64,000 nucleotides of DNA from a virus. Positions within the stretch are counted from its first letter, which is position 1; the number at the start of each line of letters is the position of its first letter. The notes under the pieces were generated by a model. It saw only the letters and a program-made list of their open reading frames with translations, was not told where the DNA came from and did not search any database. The translations under genes were made by a program, and so were the position numbers. The stretch lies in the IMG/VR virus record IMGVR_UViG_3300045988_132388. The stretch is one strand, 5' to 3'. Positions 38,901-47,386 of this stretch are shown piece by piece.

Positions 38901-39629
38901 GGCGAAACATACAAATAAAGGATTCCATGGTGTGCCGTAGATTATCTCGCTCACCTGTTTACCCTCACGCACCACATGGGGCAGCGTTACGCTATCTACA
39001 GCATAGATGCGGAAATCCCTGTTGAGCATGTCCGTAGTAAAGTCCTTGCCGAAACCAAAGGTAGGCAGACCTTTTACCAGTGTCACCTCACAGCCCAACG
39101 CAGCAAGTTCCTGTGGGTTGAAGTCCATCTTCGGCATGAACGAGAAGGTATCTATAGTCTGTGGCGCAATAGTACGATAATCCATCTTGCCAAAGAGCAT
39201 AGGGAAAGCAGCTCTCGTATCTTCCTTGTCGCCATAAACCCTTACCGCCAAATCCCGGCAAAGACGCAACAGACTGGCTCCGTGCATCGGCAAGTTGCGC
39301 ATGGCTGCATAAAGTTCCAATGCGCCATACCCCTGCTTGCCAGTCTTCGTACACTTCCAATGTACCGCACCATGCTTTGCCTGGGTATCATCATCAACCC
39401 CTACCCCATTATACAGGCCACCACGCTCATCATTATAAATGATGAAATGTGGCGTTTGTCCAGCATTCGCACTGCCATCAAACTGTAGGGCGTCATCCTC
39501 CGCACCCTTCTTCTGGCAGAAGGGACAGAAGCACGCTGTCTGACCTTGGAAGTGTTGCTCGTCGGCTGGCTTCACAAGGAAAGTCAGGTCGATATTGGCA
39601 AGACGGTTTATAATTGGATGGAATTGCAT
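35940..39629 (-). CDS. bifunctional DNA primase/helicase (Zn finger + TOPRIM-like + P-loop NTPase)
   Basis: 1229 aa. CFCPFCQKKG near the N-terminus. IVFCRTPEDALSV and VMLYPNDIASQRDCG are TOPRIM-like. Walker A ATGGSGKSW lies in the C-terminal third, as in P4-alpha/D5-type proteins. Confidence 0.6.
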   Translation of the reverse strand: MQFHPIINRLANIDLTFLVKPADEQHFQGQTACFCPFCQKKGAEDDALQFDGSANAGQTPHFIIYNDERGGLYNGVGVDDDTQAKHGAVHWKCTKTGKQGYGALELYAAMRNLPMHGASLLRLCRDLAVRVYGDKEDTRAAFPMLFGKMDYRTIAPQTIDTFSFMPKMDFNPQELAALGCEVTLVKGLPTFGFGKDFTTDMLNRDFRIYAVDSVTLPHVVREGKQVSEIIYGTPWNPLFVCFATDVIAPQGSCGCLFRPAMKGEPIVFSTCEEHSVRKVSRWLMGDRVFTYAMDHRDSSTTAVHAAIEKFEPEERYTQTYEDWRENETKDGEPKGTFRRIEVKIPVNEIKARNIVFCRTPEDALSVYYAMRSLRIDKAEDQHFQYNCWYHVAFSIGRNNFWYIDHGKWKLDPIDFKPIQYQKMNRFAERIVMLYPNDIASQRDCGAIATKFGDLCYAMLPEAFRSRYNQRWQWLYGCSPRSVRDYMIAYHMTDEDNFKFDHDIRIPLYSRLRGAKNTNPFEIEYPRDPRSGKPKPPTCKVSPSKVWLFMSAHGYYRMVDPESTDLVGQYIHLDRCFVEYIVSSSIIQAMKDLLLDFIEQCWRHSDTERRLMSDCANMVDKTFSEKSAGGLLSMVIDFADAFDAKTEYFYFRNVALKITPDMILPVDYDNINFFIPALARKPYDFTMRVFSPPFSIRESQEYIDKKKSIEAKEAMRNEDGLPVFSIIEIGQMKAELAEWAQTYRWQVDWNGKREQDLWPVLRIIRGCANTLWEQEQDVIRNKQKMSVDDMTVINSHFVNMISGIGRVCFRTWDKMENVCPYLLEDSIPDEKQATGGSGKSWVINTFVGTAVNVFRVDMRHFKDIGDARFVLTDIIKYPGKFRVVHWEDKPRSFPLDYFYVQITGGTNAERKNSDAISFKMKDSPLHVITSNYPLSNDASSTIGRFPLVSFSNRFARENPQKRQPARMMSDILKGFSKNPEDLSDADRNQIIYICALAVQFLMRYHTFAIAPQENVRRRQMVQKLTETIVNYFEFFFSRNEVYGVPICTDDMFNEFMREWADASEGKSKEYSRATFKKKIYDYCENMGITCNPKHLFENDADKHRKCFKLQAWVTQEYFSGREWENDKTVEMKCIRYLQTSKHVFFFYRPGKDEIPKDYKELKRIARAYAEQPDPLPYRDDNGNIVSLTDEEQTRWENFMSRKQGKRYGGSSEINNAANTVSQIKDKDLPF

Positions 39630-39769
39630 ATAGTTCTTTTTATATATAAAAGGACTGTCGGCAATGTGTCTGTATCAGACATAAACGCCCCGAAGCCTTT
39701 AATCCTTAGCGAAATATAAGATACGTGATATATTATCACCCACACTGCCTTCAGTCCTCTTTTTTTAGT

Positions 39770-40198
39770 TTATAGATTTACGAAAGTATTGAGCTTATAG
39801 TATCTAACCTTGCAGTTGCAGATTCTCTTTATGTGAGCTACCAGCAATACAGTAAGCTCACTGAAGGAGATAAACTGCTCGTTGATGCCGATAATTCGTA
39901 CCGCCACCCTCCAGTAACATTTTCCATTGCGTCGGCGACAGGAATGTTCGTTGCTGATAATCATATCCTGGACACTGCCGTTCATCACGTTAAAGATAAA
40001 CTGACAAGCATCTCTTATCAACTCAAACGGCGCTTGAAAAAGTAATACCCGCTCGTCGTAATTGTCCCCACGCAAAGCCTCGGTATAGGCAATACGATGG
40101 ATAAGAGCATAGGGCGAGGTACGTCCGTCCCGTTTTATATTTTCACGGTTAGGAGTGTAGGGCTTTGAGAAGATGTGACTATAGACCCGCTTTCCCAT
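39770..40198 (-). CDS. hypothetical protein
   Basis: 142-aa ORF. Confidence 0.55.
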   Translation of the reverse strand: MGKRVYSHIFSKPYTPNRENIKRDGRTSPYALIHRIAYTEALRGDNYDERVLLFQAPFELIRDACQFIFNVMNGSVQDMIISNEHSCRRRNGKCYWRVAVRIIGINEQFISFSELTVLLVAHIKRICNCKVRYYKLNTFVNL

Positions 40199-40199
40199 T

Positions 40200-40859
40200 T
40201 TATGCTTTTTCAGAAATGTTCAAACTGCTCAGATATTTCATTATTTGCCACGTTGAATAGATACTACGTTTGCAATCATAGACAGGATTGTGCGGCTCGC
40301 CAGGTCCGTCGTATTCATCAACCAACCTGCAAGCCCTGCTGCAATCAAACTCCCCACCTGCCTTGTCGCAGACAATTTTCGCACCTTCCATAAAGAATGT
40401 GCGGTGGTCGCGGAAATTCTTGTAGCTGACAGGACTCTCGATACCATATTTGCTGCATATATTCTTTAATATGGCAATATCAAAATCAGAACCTTGTGAC
40501 CACAACTTTACTTCTTTGGTAGAAGTTTCGTCTTGCACATACGCGATAAAACTAAAAAAATCCTCTATGACGCTATCTATCGACTGTAGAGGTTTTTCGT
40601 CGTAATCCAACAATGACTTTTTTACATCATCGCCCTGTGTTGCCCACCATTCCGATGTCTTTCTATCAAAGGTTAGTCCATCAATAAATGATGATCGCAG
40701 GTCAACGTGACGATAAAAAAAGTAACCGTCGGAAAGACCGTCCGTAAAAGGATCGTCTTCCGCCGCGGCATTCCATGCCACAGCTCCGATGCTCATCACG
40801 GCAGCCGTGGGGCACAAGGCACAGGTTTCTAAGTCAAAGGTTATATTCAATTCACCCAT
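40200..40859 (-). CDS. DEDDh 3'-5' exonuclease
   Basis: ExoI FDLET, ExoII WSQGSDFDIAIL, ExoIII HNPVYDC. Confidence 0.7.
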   Translation of the reverse strand: MGELNITFDLETCALCPTAAVMSIGAVAWNAAAEDDPFTDGLSDGYFFYRHVDLRSSFIDGLTFDRKTSEWWATQGDDVKKSLLDYDEKPLQSIDSVIEDFFSFIAYVQDETSTKEVKLWSQGSDFDIAILKNICSKYGIESPVSYKNFRDHRTFFMEGAKIVCDKAGGEFDCSRACRLVDEYDGPGEPHNPVYDCKRSIYSTWQIMKYLSSLNISEKA

Positions 40860-40874
40860 AAAATACTCTATTTT

Positions 40875-41345
40875 TTAATTAACAAATTCTTCGATAATGG
40901 CTTTCACGCCCTTTAATTCCCAAGGTTTCCAGTCATCCGCCTTGAAACGGGTACGGACTGTCATCTGGGAAGACATGCCCAGTTCCGACATCCTATCACA
41001 AAGAACCTTTCCCATCTTTAGGTTTGTGACAAGTTCGTAAAACTTTCTGTCGTTATATTCTGAAGAGAGTGCAAGCACAGCACCATATCCTCTGCTGCCT
41101 TCCTCTCCTTCCGGTATATTATCGGTATTACTCTTCTCTTTTACAAGAAAAGAGTCTTTTATATGCGACACTCCCATAATCTCCCACTTGCAGAATCCTT
41201 TGTTGAAGAACCTGTTATAGCAGGTTGATTTAGGCATGCCATACCCCTCAAACAAGACGTATAGCCTTTTTTTCTCTTCGGGGGTAAGTTCTGTAGCAGA
41301 TAATATACCGCCGTCAAATATTTTCTTCCAAATATTCTTGGTCAT
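40875..41345 (-). CDS. hypothetical protein (first gene of the leftward replication operon)
   Basis: 156-aa ORF, divergent from the HTH gene at 41466. Confidence 0.6.
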   Translation of the reverse strand: MTKNIWKKIFDGGILSATELTPEEKKRLYVLFEGYGMPKSTCYNRFFNKGFCKWEIMGVSHIKDSFLVKEKSNTDNIPEGEEGSRGYGAVLALSSEYNDRKFYELVTNLKMGKVLCDRMSELGMSSQMTVRTRFKADDWKPWELKGVKAIIEEFVN

Positions 41346-41372
41346 TCAAATGATAAATTTTATATTTGTATG

Positions 41373-41380
41373 CAAAGATA
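41373..41380 (-). promoter_or_regulatory. Bacteroidota -7 box TATCTTTG
   Basis: caaagata on the plus strand, 28 nt upstream of the start at 41345. Confidence 0.45.
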
Positions 41381-41465
41381 GCGCATATTACACGACTATC
41401 CAATAATATTACCATTTTTAACATAAAAAATTATTCGAATATCATACAATTTAAAATTTAACAAA

Positions 41466-42068
41466 ATGAAAGAGCATAACATCGTGTACAATTATGGGTT
41501 TCTCGCCGACTGGATGCAGGCTAACCCATCTATTAAGAGAAACGAGATTCTTCAAAGCATGGAGATGAGTGACTACAACACCTTGCGCAACTGGGTGGAT
41601 GGTATAACAATGCTCCCGCTTACACAGCTGATGAAATTCTGCAACCGCTTCAATATTCCCATTACTGCATTCTTTCTGGATGAGAAAGCCGACGACACAT
41701 CAATCATAGCACCTATCACACCAAGCTCTATGATTGAACCTGCCAGAGGATGGCCCGACTCCAACCGGAAGGCAGGTATCAAGGTGTGCGACCCACGCTC
41801 TAACGTCCACATGATTACGAACATGCCTGACTATATAAGAGAAAGGGACACTACGGATATTTGCGAACAGACCTCAGATAATATTAGTAGTGTGCCAGAG
41901 AAAGAACGAATGCGTTACATTGATATAATAGAGAAGCTCAACGACCGGTTAATGGCTCTGTCCGAAGAGAATATCAAACTGAATAAACAGATAAACAAGA
42001 TGAAAAAAGAAAGGAAGGGAAATATTTACGGCTACGGCATGGTTGCAGAAACCGACCCTCATATATAA
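41466..42068 (+). CDS. putative HTH regulator (repressor-like), coiled-coil C-terminus
   Basis: 200 aa. The N-terminal ~70 aa (NEILQSMEMSDYNTLRNWVDGITMLPLTQLMKFCNRFNIPITAFF) has XRE-like HTH architecture. The gene is divergently transcribed. Confidence 0.5.
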   Translation: MKEHNIVYNYGFLADWMQANPSIKRNEILQSMEMSDYNTLRNWVDGITMLPLTQLMKFCNRFNIPITAFFLDEKADDTSIIAPITPSSMIEPARGWPDSNRKAGIKVCDPRSNVHMITNMPDYIRERDTTDICEQTSDNISSVPEKERMRYIDIIEKLNDRLMALSEENIKLNKQINKMKKERKGNIYGYGMVAETDPHI

Positions 42069-42073
42069 CAAAA

Positions 42074-42105
42074 GCATCCGCCTATCTTCGCAGACTGGCG
42101 GATGC
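42074..42105. terminator. hairpin terminator between converging genes
   Basis: GCATCCGCC...GGCGGATGC, flanked by A/T runs. Confidence 0.6.
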
Positions 42106-42165
42106 AACAAAAACAAAAAACTAAAAACGTCTTTTTAAATAAACCTATGATTAACTAACTTAAAC

Positions 42166-42687
42166 CTATGTCTCGTTTATAGCCGCCATACGACGGTGGT
42201 AAAACTCCTTTTTTTCTATCGGAGTAACTGATATGTCTGCTGTCAGATACGGAACACTAATGTACCAATATCCGTGATGTAGGAATACCATTGGTGTCTC
42301 ATTGCCGAAAGAGAACGGCAAGGAAAGTCCGTCTTTATTCTTCTGTGGGATGAAATTCAGTATACCTATCAGTTCTGACTCGCTTACCACCGGCAATGAA
42401 TACATTTCTTTTTCCAACTCGGAGCCTTCCTCTGGTAAAAAGAACGTGCGACCATCCGGTGTGGCTATCTTCTCCCATCCGTCTTTAATGACGGTATTGT
42501 CAAACTCCACGGCGCCTACTCCTCCTGCCATTCCTTCAGCAGACTCGTAATAGTGGCTTGCGCCTACTTTCTCTGCCCACTGTCGAGCGGTTTCTTCTGC
42601 TTCGGCGCAACGCTTCATAAATTCCTGTAGTTTCATGCCTACCTGACTTTCGCCGGATGTCTTGTAATAATAATGTGGCTTACTCAT
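42166..42687 (-). CDS. hypothetical protein
   Basis: 173-aa ORF. Confidence 0.6.
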   Translation of the reverse strand: MSKPHYYYKTSGESQVGMKLQEFMKRCAEAEETARQWAEKVGASHYYESAEGMAGGVGAVEFDNTVIKDGWEKIATPDGRTFFLPEEGSELEKEMYSLPVVSESELIGILNFIPQKNKDGLSLPFSFGNETPMVFLHHGYWYISVPYLTADISVTPIEKKEFYHRRMAAINET

Positions 42688-42749
42688 AATCTTATAGTAA
42701 TTATTTATTAATGATTATTTATTAGGGATTAATTGCTGGTGATTAGTGG

Positions 42750-43043
42750 TTATCTCAGTCTGCAATAGATGACGGGTTCGCCGCATTCATCATTCCGCAT
42801 TTTAAAGCCTCGCAACTCCAATTCTTTGAGATACAATGCTAACGGATCACCCAGGGGACAAACTACAGCCTTGAAGTATGTACGCAACTGATAGTCGGTA
42901 TACATATCGCAATCCTCCGTCCAATGATCCTGCGGCTTGTACCGTTCACAGAACGCCTGTATCTTGGATGGTATAACGAAGTCCTGAAGTGTTACTTCCG
43001 GCTGCACGGAAATTGCTATTTCATCCTTTTTCTTTTGTCCCAT
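42750..43043 (-). CDS. hypothetical protein
   Basis: 97-aa ORF. Confidence 0.55.
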   Translation of the reverse strand: MGQKKKDEIAISVQPEVTLQDFVIPSKIQAFCERYKPQDHWTEDCDMYTDYQLRTYFKAVVCPLGDPLALYLKELELRGFKMRNDECGEPVIYCRLR

Positions 43044-43048
43044 AACAG

Positions 43049-43639
43049 TTACTCGTTTTTATGTTTCCTTGCGTCAGACCAAGCTATAAAGGCAACGATT
43101 GCCGTCACAAACAGGAAAAAGAGTGTTCTTAGCCACCACGGTACAACAGTTTCGTTCTTCGTGCTCTTCTCTTTCACTATATTCGTACTATCATTCTGCA
43201 TCCAATGTGTCCAATAGGAATCGAAATAATGGTTTGCAACGCTATCCATGTAGTTTAGAAGTAATGCTGTCTGTTCCTCCTTGTGTCGCTGCAGCATCTG
43301 TGTGTCTGCCTGTTTGCTAAAGCTATTCTTGCGCTTAATGGTTCTGTCGGTTGTCGTGGTCTTGTTGCCGAACGAATCCTGACTTTCAACGATACGCTCG
43401 GTAATGGTTTCCTCGTAATCGCCGTTCTCCATTGTGGAGGTGAAAACGTGAGAGCTGTCTGACACTGCACCCGACACTACATTTAAATCCTTTCTGACTG
43501 AGGCTGTAGTGTCATACGCAGCAACCGTCACGCTATCTCTTACCTTTTTCGATATACCGACCGCAGCCTTTTGTGAGGTGGCACATGCCGACAATAGCGT
43601 AAATGCTATCAATACCCATATAACTTTATAAATCTTCAT
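43049..43639 (-). CDS. lipoprotein with C-terminal TM anchor
   Basis: Signal plus lipobox MKIYKVIWVLIAFTLLSAC. C-terminal hydrophobic LFFLFVTAIVAFIAW. Confidence 0.65.
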   Translation of the reverse strand: MKIYKVIWVLIAFTLLSACATSQKAAVGISKKVRDSVTVAAYDTTASVRKDLNVVSGAVSDSSHVFTSTMENGDYEETITERIVESQDSFGNKTTTTDRTIKRKNSFSKQADTQMLQRHKEEQTALLLNYMDSVANHYFDSYWTHWMQNDSTNIVKEKSTKNETVVPWWLRTLFFLFVTAIVAFIAWSDARKHKNE

Positions 43640-43663
43640 TGCCGTTATTTTTTATTTCCGTTA

Positions 43664-43671
43664 CAAAGGTA
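43664..43671 (-). promoter_or_regulatory. Bacteroidota -7 box TACCTTTG
   Basis: caaaggta on the plus strand, 25 nt upstream of the start at 43639. Confidence 0.45.
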
Positions 43672-43754
43672 CGTAAAACTAAAATAACGAACAGGACATG
43701 CTAAAACACCGCCCTACCCTATCCAAGGTAAGACGGTGTGTAAAAAAATATGTA

Positions 43755-45350
43755 TTACTTGATTTTTCTATATTGCAATACAATTTTTTTTCGCTTGTCG
43801 TTCTTGAAACAATGTCCAAGAAGCTGACTTAACTTATTGAAAGAAATGTCATCTTTTATGGCATTCTCCATACCTTCTATCTGCTCCTGTGTAACAACAA
43901 GCTGAACGGTGTTGCCATCGTATTGATCAAACGTCATCTTTCTCAACAAGCCTGACAATTCACAACCCAACCACTCGCCTGTTTCGCCATCAAGCATGGC
44001 GATAAGCTGCTGCCATTCCTTTTCGCCCGGCTTAGGCTTTACATCTTCGGTACCAGCAAACAGGAGGAGTTGCTGCTGCACCTCGGTTTTCTTACTATGC
44101 TGCTTTATCCATTGCTCCATAATATAAAAGATAAAGTTCTCTGTCGTGCCACTCCAACTGTGCGGCTGCTCCACCGCCTTTGGCACACCATTATAGGCAT
44201 ACGTCTTAAAATCGCTCCAGAGGTCTTCGGGAACATCGGCAACAAATGCTTTGAGCTGTTCTTTGTCGAGTGTGGGGTATAGCGACATCAACTTGGCGCA
44301 TAAACGCTTTTCTGACGAACCGCGATGCAGCTCTATTTCTCGCGCTACGCCCAACGGTGTGCGCTTGATGTGAAACTTTATCTTCTCAGGATTGCCTCGT
44401 TTTGCACTGCCTCTATAAATCGGTTCGTAGCCTTTTTTGTCAGGATCGGTACATGCCAGCATTATCTCAATCTTGTTTTCCTCACAGAGTCGCTCCATGT
44501 CACCACGTGCTACGTCCAACACCTGTTTGCGAAACTGCGAGAACTTCTGATACTTCTCAGTAGTCACAACTTTTGCGGGCTGCATATCGTCACCTTTCTC
44601 AACATCAACTTTGAACATCCCCAATGCTTCCTTCAGTTCGCGATAATCAATAGAAGGGTGCATCTGGCCCTTGCTCGCATATTTCATCAGAAGAAGGTAA
44701 AGACGTGACGTATAAGCCGAATTGCAGAAGTAAGCTATACGTTCAAGATGGTTGAAATATCCGTCTGCCATATCAAACACGGCTTTTGCCACCTCTATAT
44801 TAATTGTTACCTCAATATACCCGTCACGACGAAACTTGCGCACTTCCAGTCCGTCCTCGTCTATCTTTGTATCGCCGTCTCTGGAATAGTTGAAGTCTCC
44901 TCCTTCTCGCGACGTGAAGTTTTTCGGAATAAATATCTTACTGAAGATAGGCATATAGTCCTCACCTTTTCTAAGTCCTGTCTCCGGATCGAAACGCGGC
45001 AGGTGAAACTCTATCTTCTTCATCTGGTTTATCACCTTTACCGATTCGTCATAATGGCTGCTGTCTATACCAAAATCAGCCAGGCGCAGACGTATGGGTC
45101 CCATCTTCAACAGGTCTTCTTTCGTGATTCCTCCGTTAGGACGTTCTTTGCTTAGATATCGGTGTTCGTTCAAGAACTTGGCGAAATGGTCTTGCAGTCG
45201 TCCGCTTACCAGCAACATAACGTCCTGTTGTATGAGAGAATAACTTTTAGCGTATGACGCATAGTTGACAGGTGTGTTTATCCAACGCAATTCGTTCAGG
45301 GCTATTTGAAGTTTGCCTTCTTTGTCTTCTTTTTTTGCTTTCTTTGCCAT
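43755..45350 (-). CDS. plasmid-type replication initiator (Rep_3-like), tentative
   Basis: 531 aa. Its start codon abuts the iteron arrays. The N-terminal YSLIQQDVMLLVSGRLQ resembles the Rep_3 opening helix pattern. Confidence 0.55.
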   Translation of the reverse strand: MAKKAKKEDKEGKLQIALNELRWINTPVNYASYAKSYSLIQQDVMLLVSGRLQDHFAKFLNEHRYLSKERPNGGITKEDLLKMGPIRLRLADFGIDSSHYDESVKVINQMKKIEFHLPRFDPETGLRKGEDYMPIFSKIFIPKNFTSREGGDFNYSRDGDTKIDEDGLEVRKFRRDGYIEVTINIEVAKAVFDMADGYFNHLERIAYFCNSAYTSRLYLLLMKYASKGQMHPSIDYRELKEALGMFKVDVEKGDDMQPAKVVTTEKYQKFSQFRKQVLDVARGDMERLCEENKIEIMLACTDPDKKGYEPIYRGSAKRGNPEKIKFHIKRTPLGVAREIELHRGSSEKRLCAKLMSLYPTLDKEQLKAFVADVPEDLWSDFKTYAYNGVPKAVEQPHSWSGTTENFIFYIMEQWIKQHSKKTEVQQQLLLFAGTEDVKPKPGEKEWQQLIAMLDGETGEWLGCELSGLLRKMTFDQYDGNTVQLVVTQEQIEGMENAIKDDISFNKLSQLLGHCFKNDKRKKIVLQYRKIK

Positions 45351-45352
45351 AT

Positions 45353-45434
45353 CTACGGATTTGTTTACTTAAACCTACGTTTTTATGTACCAAAACCTAC
45401 GGATTTGTTTACTTAAACCTACGGATTTGTTTAC
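45353..45434 (+). repeat. iteron array, 4 x CTACGGATTTGTTTAC at exact 22-bp spacing
   Basis: Copies start at 45353, 45375 (degenerate), 45397 and 45419. Confidence 0.85.
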
Positions 45435-45603
45435 TTCGTATGCTCTAACTCGTTGATTTTCAACTCCTCCAAATCTCCTTAATATAATTATAATATAAAC
45501 TATTATTTTATTCCTTTTGAAAACGAATAAATCCATATCTTATAATTATATTATATTAAGAGGTTTTGGACATATTGATTATCAGTTAGTTATCTACGGC
45601 GAG

Positions 45604-45685
45604 GTAAACAAAAACGTAGGTTTTGGTAAACAAATCCGTAGGTTTAAGTAAACAAATCCGTAGGTTTTGGTAAACAAATCCGTAG
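45604..45685 (-). repeat. iteron array in inverted orientation, 4 x at 22-bp spacing
   Basis: GTAAACAAATCCGTAG starts at 45604 (degenerate), 45626, 45648 and 45670. A ~170-bp AT-rich spacer with its own inverted repeat lies between the two arrays. Confidence 0.85.
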
Positions 45686-45751
45686 GTATTATAAGCCAAA
45701 AACAGCACACCTTTGTAGTGACTTGGTAAAAAACTTTAGTAGGATTTTACC

Positions 45752-46189
45752 TTACTTGTTTCTATCCAAGAACTCTATCACAGCCTGTAGCGCCAAATCC
45801 TTGATAGGTATACCCGTGCGCATTTTCATCAGGGCAATGCGCTCGTAATACTCCATAGGCACGTAAATAGTAATACCGTTCTCGGTCTTTCTGCCCTTCG
45901 GCTTGCGCATGTTCACAGCAATATCGTTACTAAACGATGTTGTTGCCGGCTGATCTGCTACATTTGTCGGTATCTCTGTCTCAGTTGTTGTAGGAGCAGT
46001 CGGCTTGTCTGTACCCAGAGTGTCTGAGGATGGCGCTGGGGCGGTACCCGCCGCTTCCCTACTCTCCTTTTTCTCTCTGTTCTCCTTACGCTGTTGTCTT
46101 CCCGTCTCCAGTATGCGCTCGTTTTCGTCTATTGCGTCCGAATTCTCCAAATCGAAAGGTAAAACTCGCTTTTTCATTTCTCTTGCCAT
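45752..46189 (-). CDS. ribbon-helix-helix partition adaptor (ParG/CopG-like), tentative
   Basis: 145 aa. Disordered N-terminus. C-terminal ITIYVPMEYYERIALMKMRTGIPIKDLALQAVIEFL fits a strand-helix-helix pattern. Lies immediately downstream of parA. Confidence 0.5.
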   Translation of the reverse strand: MAREMKKRVLPFDLENSDAIDENERILETGRQQRKENREKKESREAAGTAPAPSSDTLGTDKPTAPTTTETEIPTNVADQPATTSFSNDIAVNMRKPKGRKTENGITIYVPMEYYERIALMKMRTGIPIKDLALQAVIEFLDRNK

Positions 46190-46204
46190 ACCTTATATAA
46201 TATA

Positions 46205-47080
46205 TTAAAACGTGAAACTGTTGATTATTTCCTTAGTAAAACGCTCATAGTCCTGCCCCACCCTACAATATGGTGCATAAGAAAAAATATCCTCACGCAT
46301 AGCCTGAGCTTCCACCATCTTCGTATCGCGACGTGTGTAAGCGTCAAACATATAGTCCTGGTACTTCTCACCCAGGTATGCTTTAAACTCCTTTGTGGCG
46401 TTCGTCTGGTCGTTACTCATAACCATCAGCAAGCCACGAATATCAAGGTCAGGATTCAAATCCTCGCGCGTCTCCTCGATGGCATTGATAATCTCGGCAA
46501 TACCTTTTGTCGCCAATACTTCGAGCTGCACGGGCAATACCACGCTTGTGGCTGCTGTCAGTGCGTTGTACGTGAGCAACGACATGGCAGGGGGACAGTC
46601 TATCAGCACGTAGTCGAAAGCTTCCGTAACGGTCGTTACGCCCTCGTCTGCCAGTTCTGTACCGCTCAACTCGTTCAGTGGTTTTGTGAGCAACTTATAA
46701 AGTGCCTTGCGGGGCATGGCTCTCTGGTTTAGGAAGGGTTCGATGGATATAAGTTGTGAAGCTGCCGGAGCGAGATAGATGCCATCGCGTACCTGATAGA
46801 TGGGCAGATTGCTCTGCTGTACCAATGCGTCGTAGACGGTAGGCTTGCCAACGTTCTGAGTCTCGCTCCATCCGAAGAGGAACGATGCACATGCCTGGGG
46901 ATCGAGGTCTATGATGAGCACACGCGGTAAACGCTTGTGTCCGTCGGCATCCGTGCCAAATTTTCCCTTACCAAAGATGCGCAGTCCTGCTGCCAAGCTC
47001 TGTACTGTTGTTGTCTTACCTACTCCCCCCTTATGGTTTACGAAGGCAAGAACTTCTCTTAGTCTTTCCATATTCTTCAA
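46205..47080 (-). CDS. parA: ParA/Soj partition ATPase
   Basis: Deviant Walker A NHKGGVGKTTT; 291 aa. Confidence 0.9.
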   Translation of the reverse strand: MKNMERLREVLAFVNHKGGVGKTTTVQSLAAGLRIFGKGKFGTDADGHKRLPRVLIIDLDPQACASFLFGWSETQNVGKPTVYDALVQQSNLPIYQVRDGIYLAPAASQLISIEPFLNQRAMPRKALYKLLTKPLNELSGTELADEGVTTVTEAFDYVLIDCPPAMSLLTYNALTAATSVVLPVQLEVLATKGIAEIINAIEETREDLNPDLDIRGLLMVMSNDQTNATKEFKAYLGEKYQDYMFDAYTRRDTKMVEAQAMREDIFSYAPYCRVGQDYERFTKEIINSFTF

Positions 47081-47194
47081 GTTTTAAAATGTTTATATTG
47101 TCTATTCCAGTCTTCAGAAACACTATGCTTTCTGTAAGACGTTACAAATTTAAGAATTATAATCCACATTCGCAAACATTCACGCACATTTATT

Positions 47195-47375
47195 TGTTTA
47201 TTTGTTGATTTCTTCCTTTATTTGTGACTTTATTTGTTGATTTCTTTGTTTGTTAATGTATGAATTTATGTGTTTGTGGATTTGTGTATTTATGTATGGA
47301 TGTATTTGTGTCTATCCATAAATACACAAATGTGGTTTTATGGTTTTGTGGAAATGTGGAAACACACAAAAACAT
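47195..47375. repeat. repeat-rich region upstream of parA (candidate centromere/operator)
   Basis: Many TTTGT(G/T)/ATTTGTG units plus the inverted repeat GTGTATTTATG-ATGGAT (47284-47301) / ATCCATAAATACAC (47314-47327). A TAAATTTG -7 box lies at 47146-47153 (minus strand). Confidence 0.5.
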
Positions 47376-47386
47376 TGTGCTCATTA

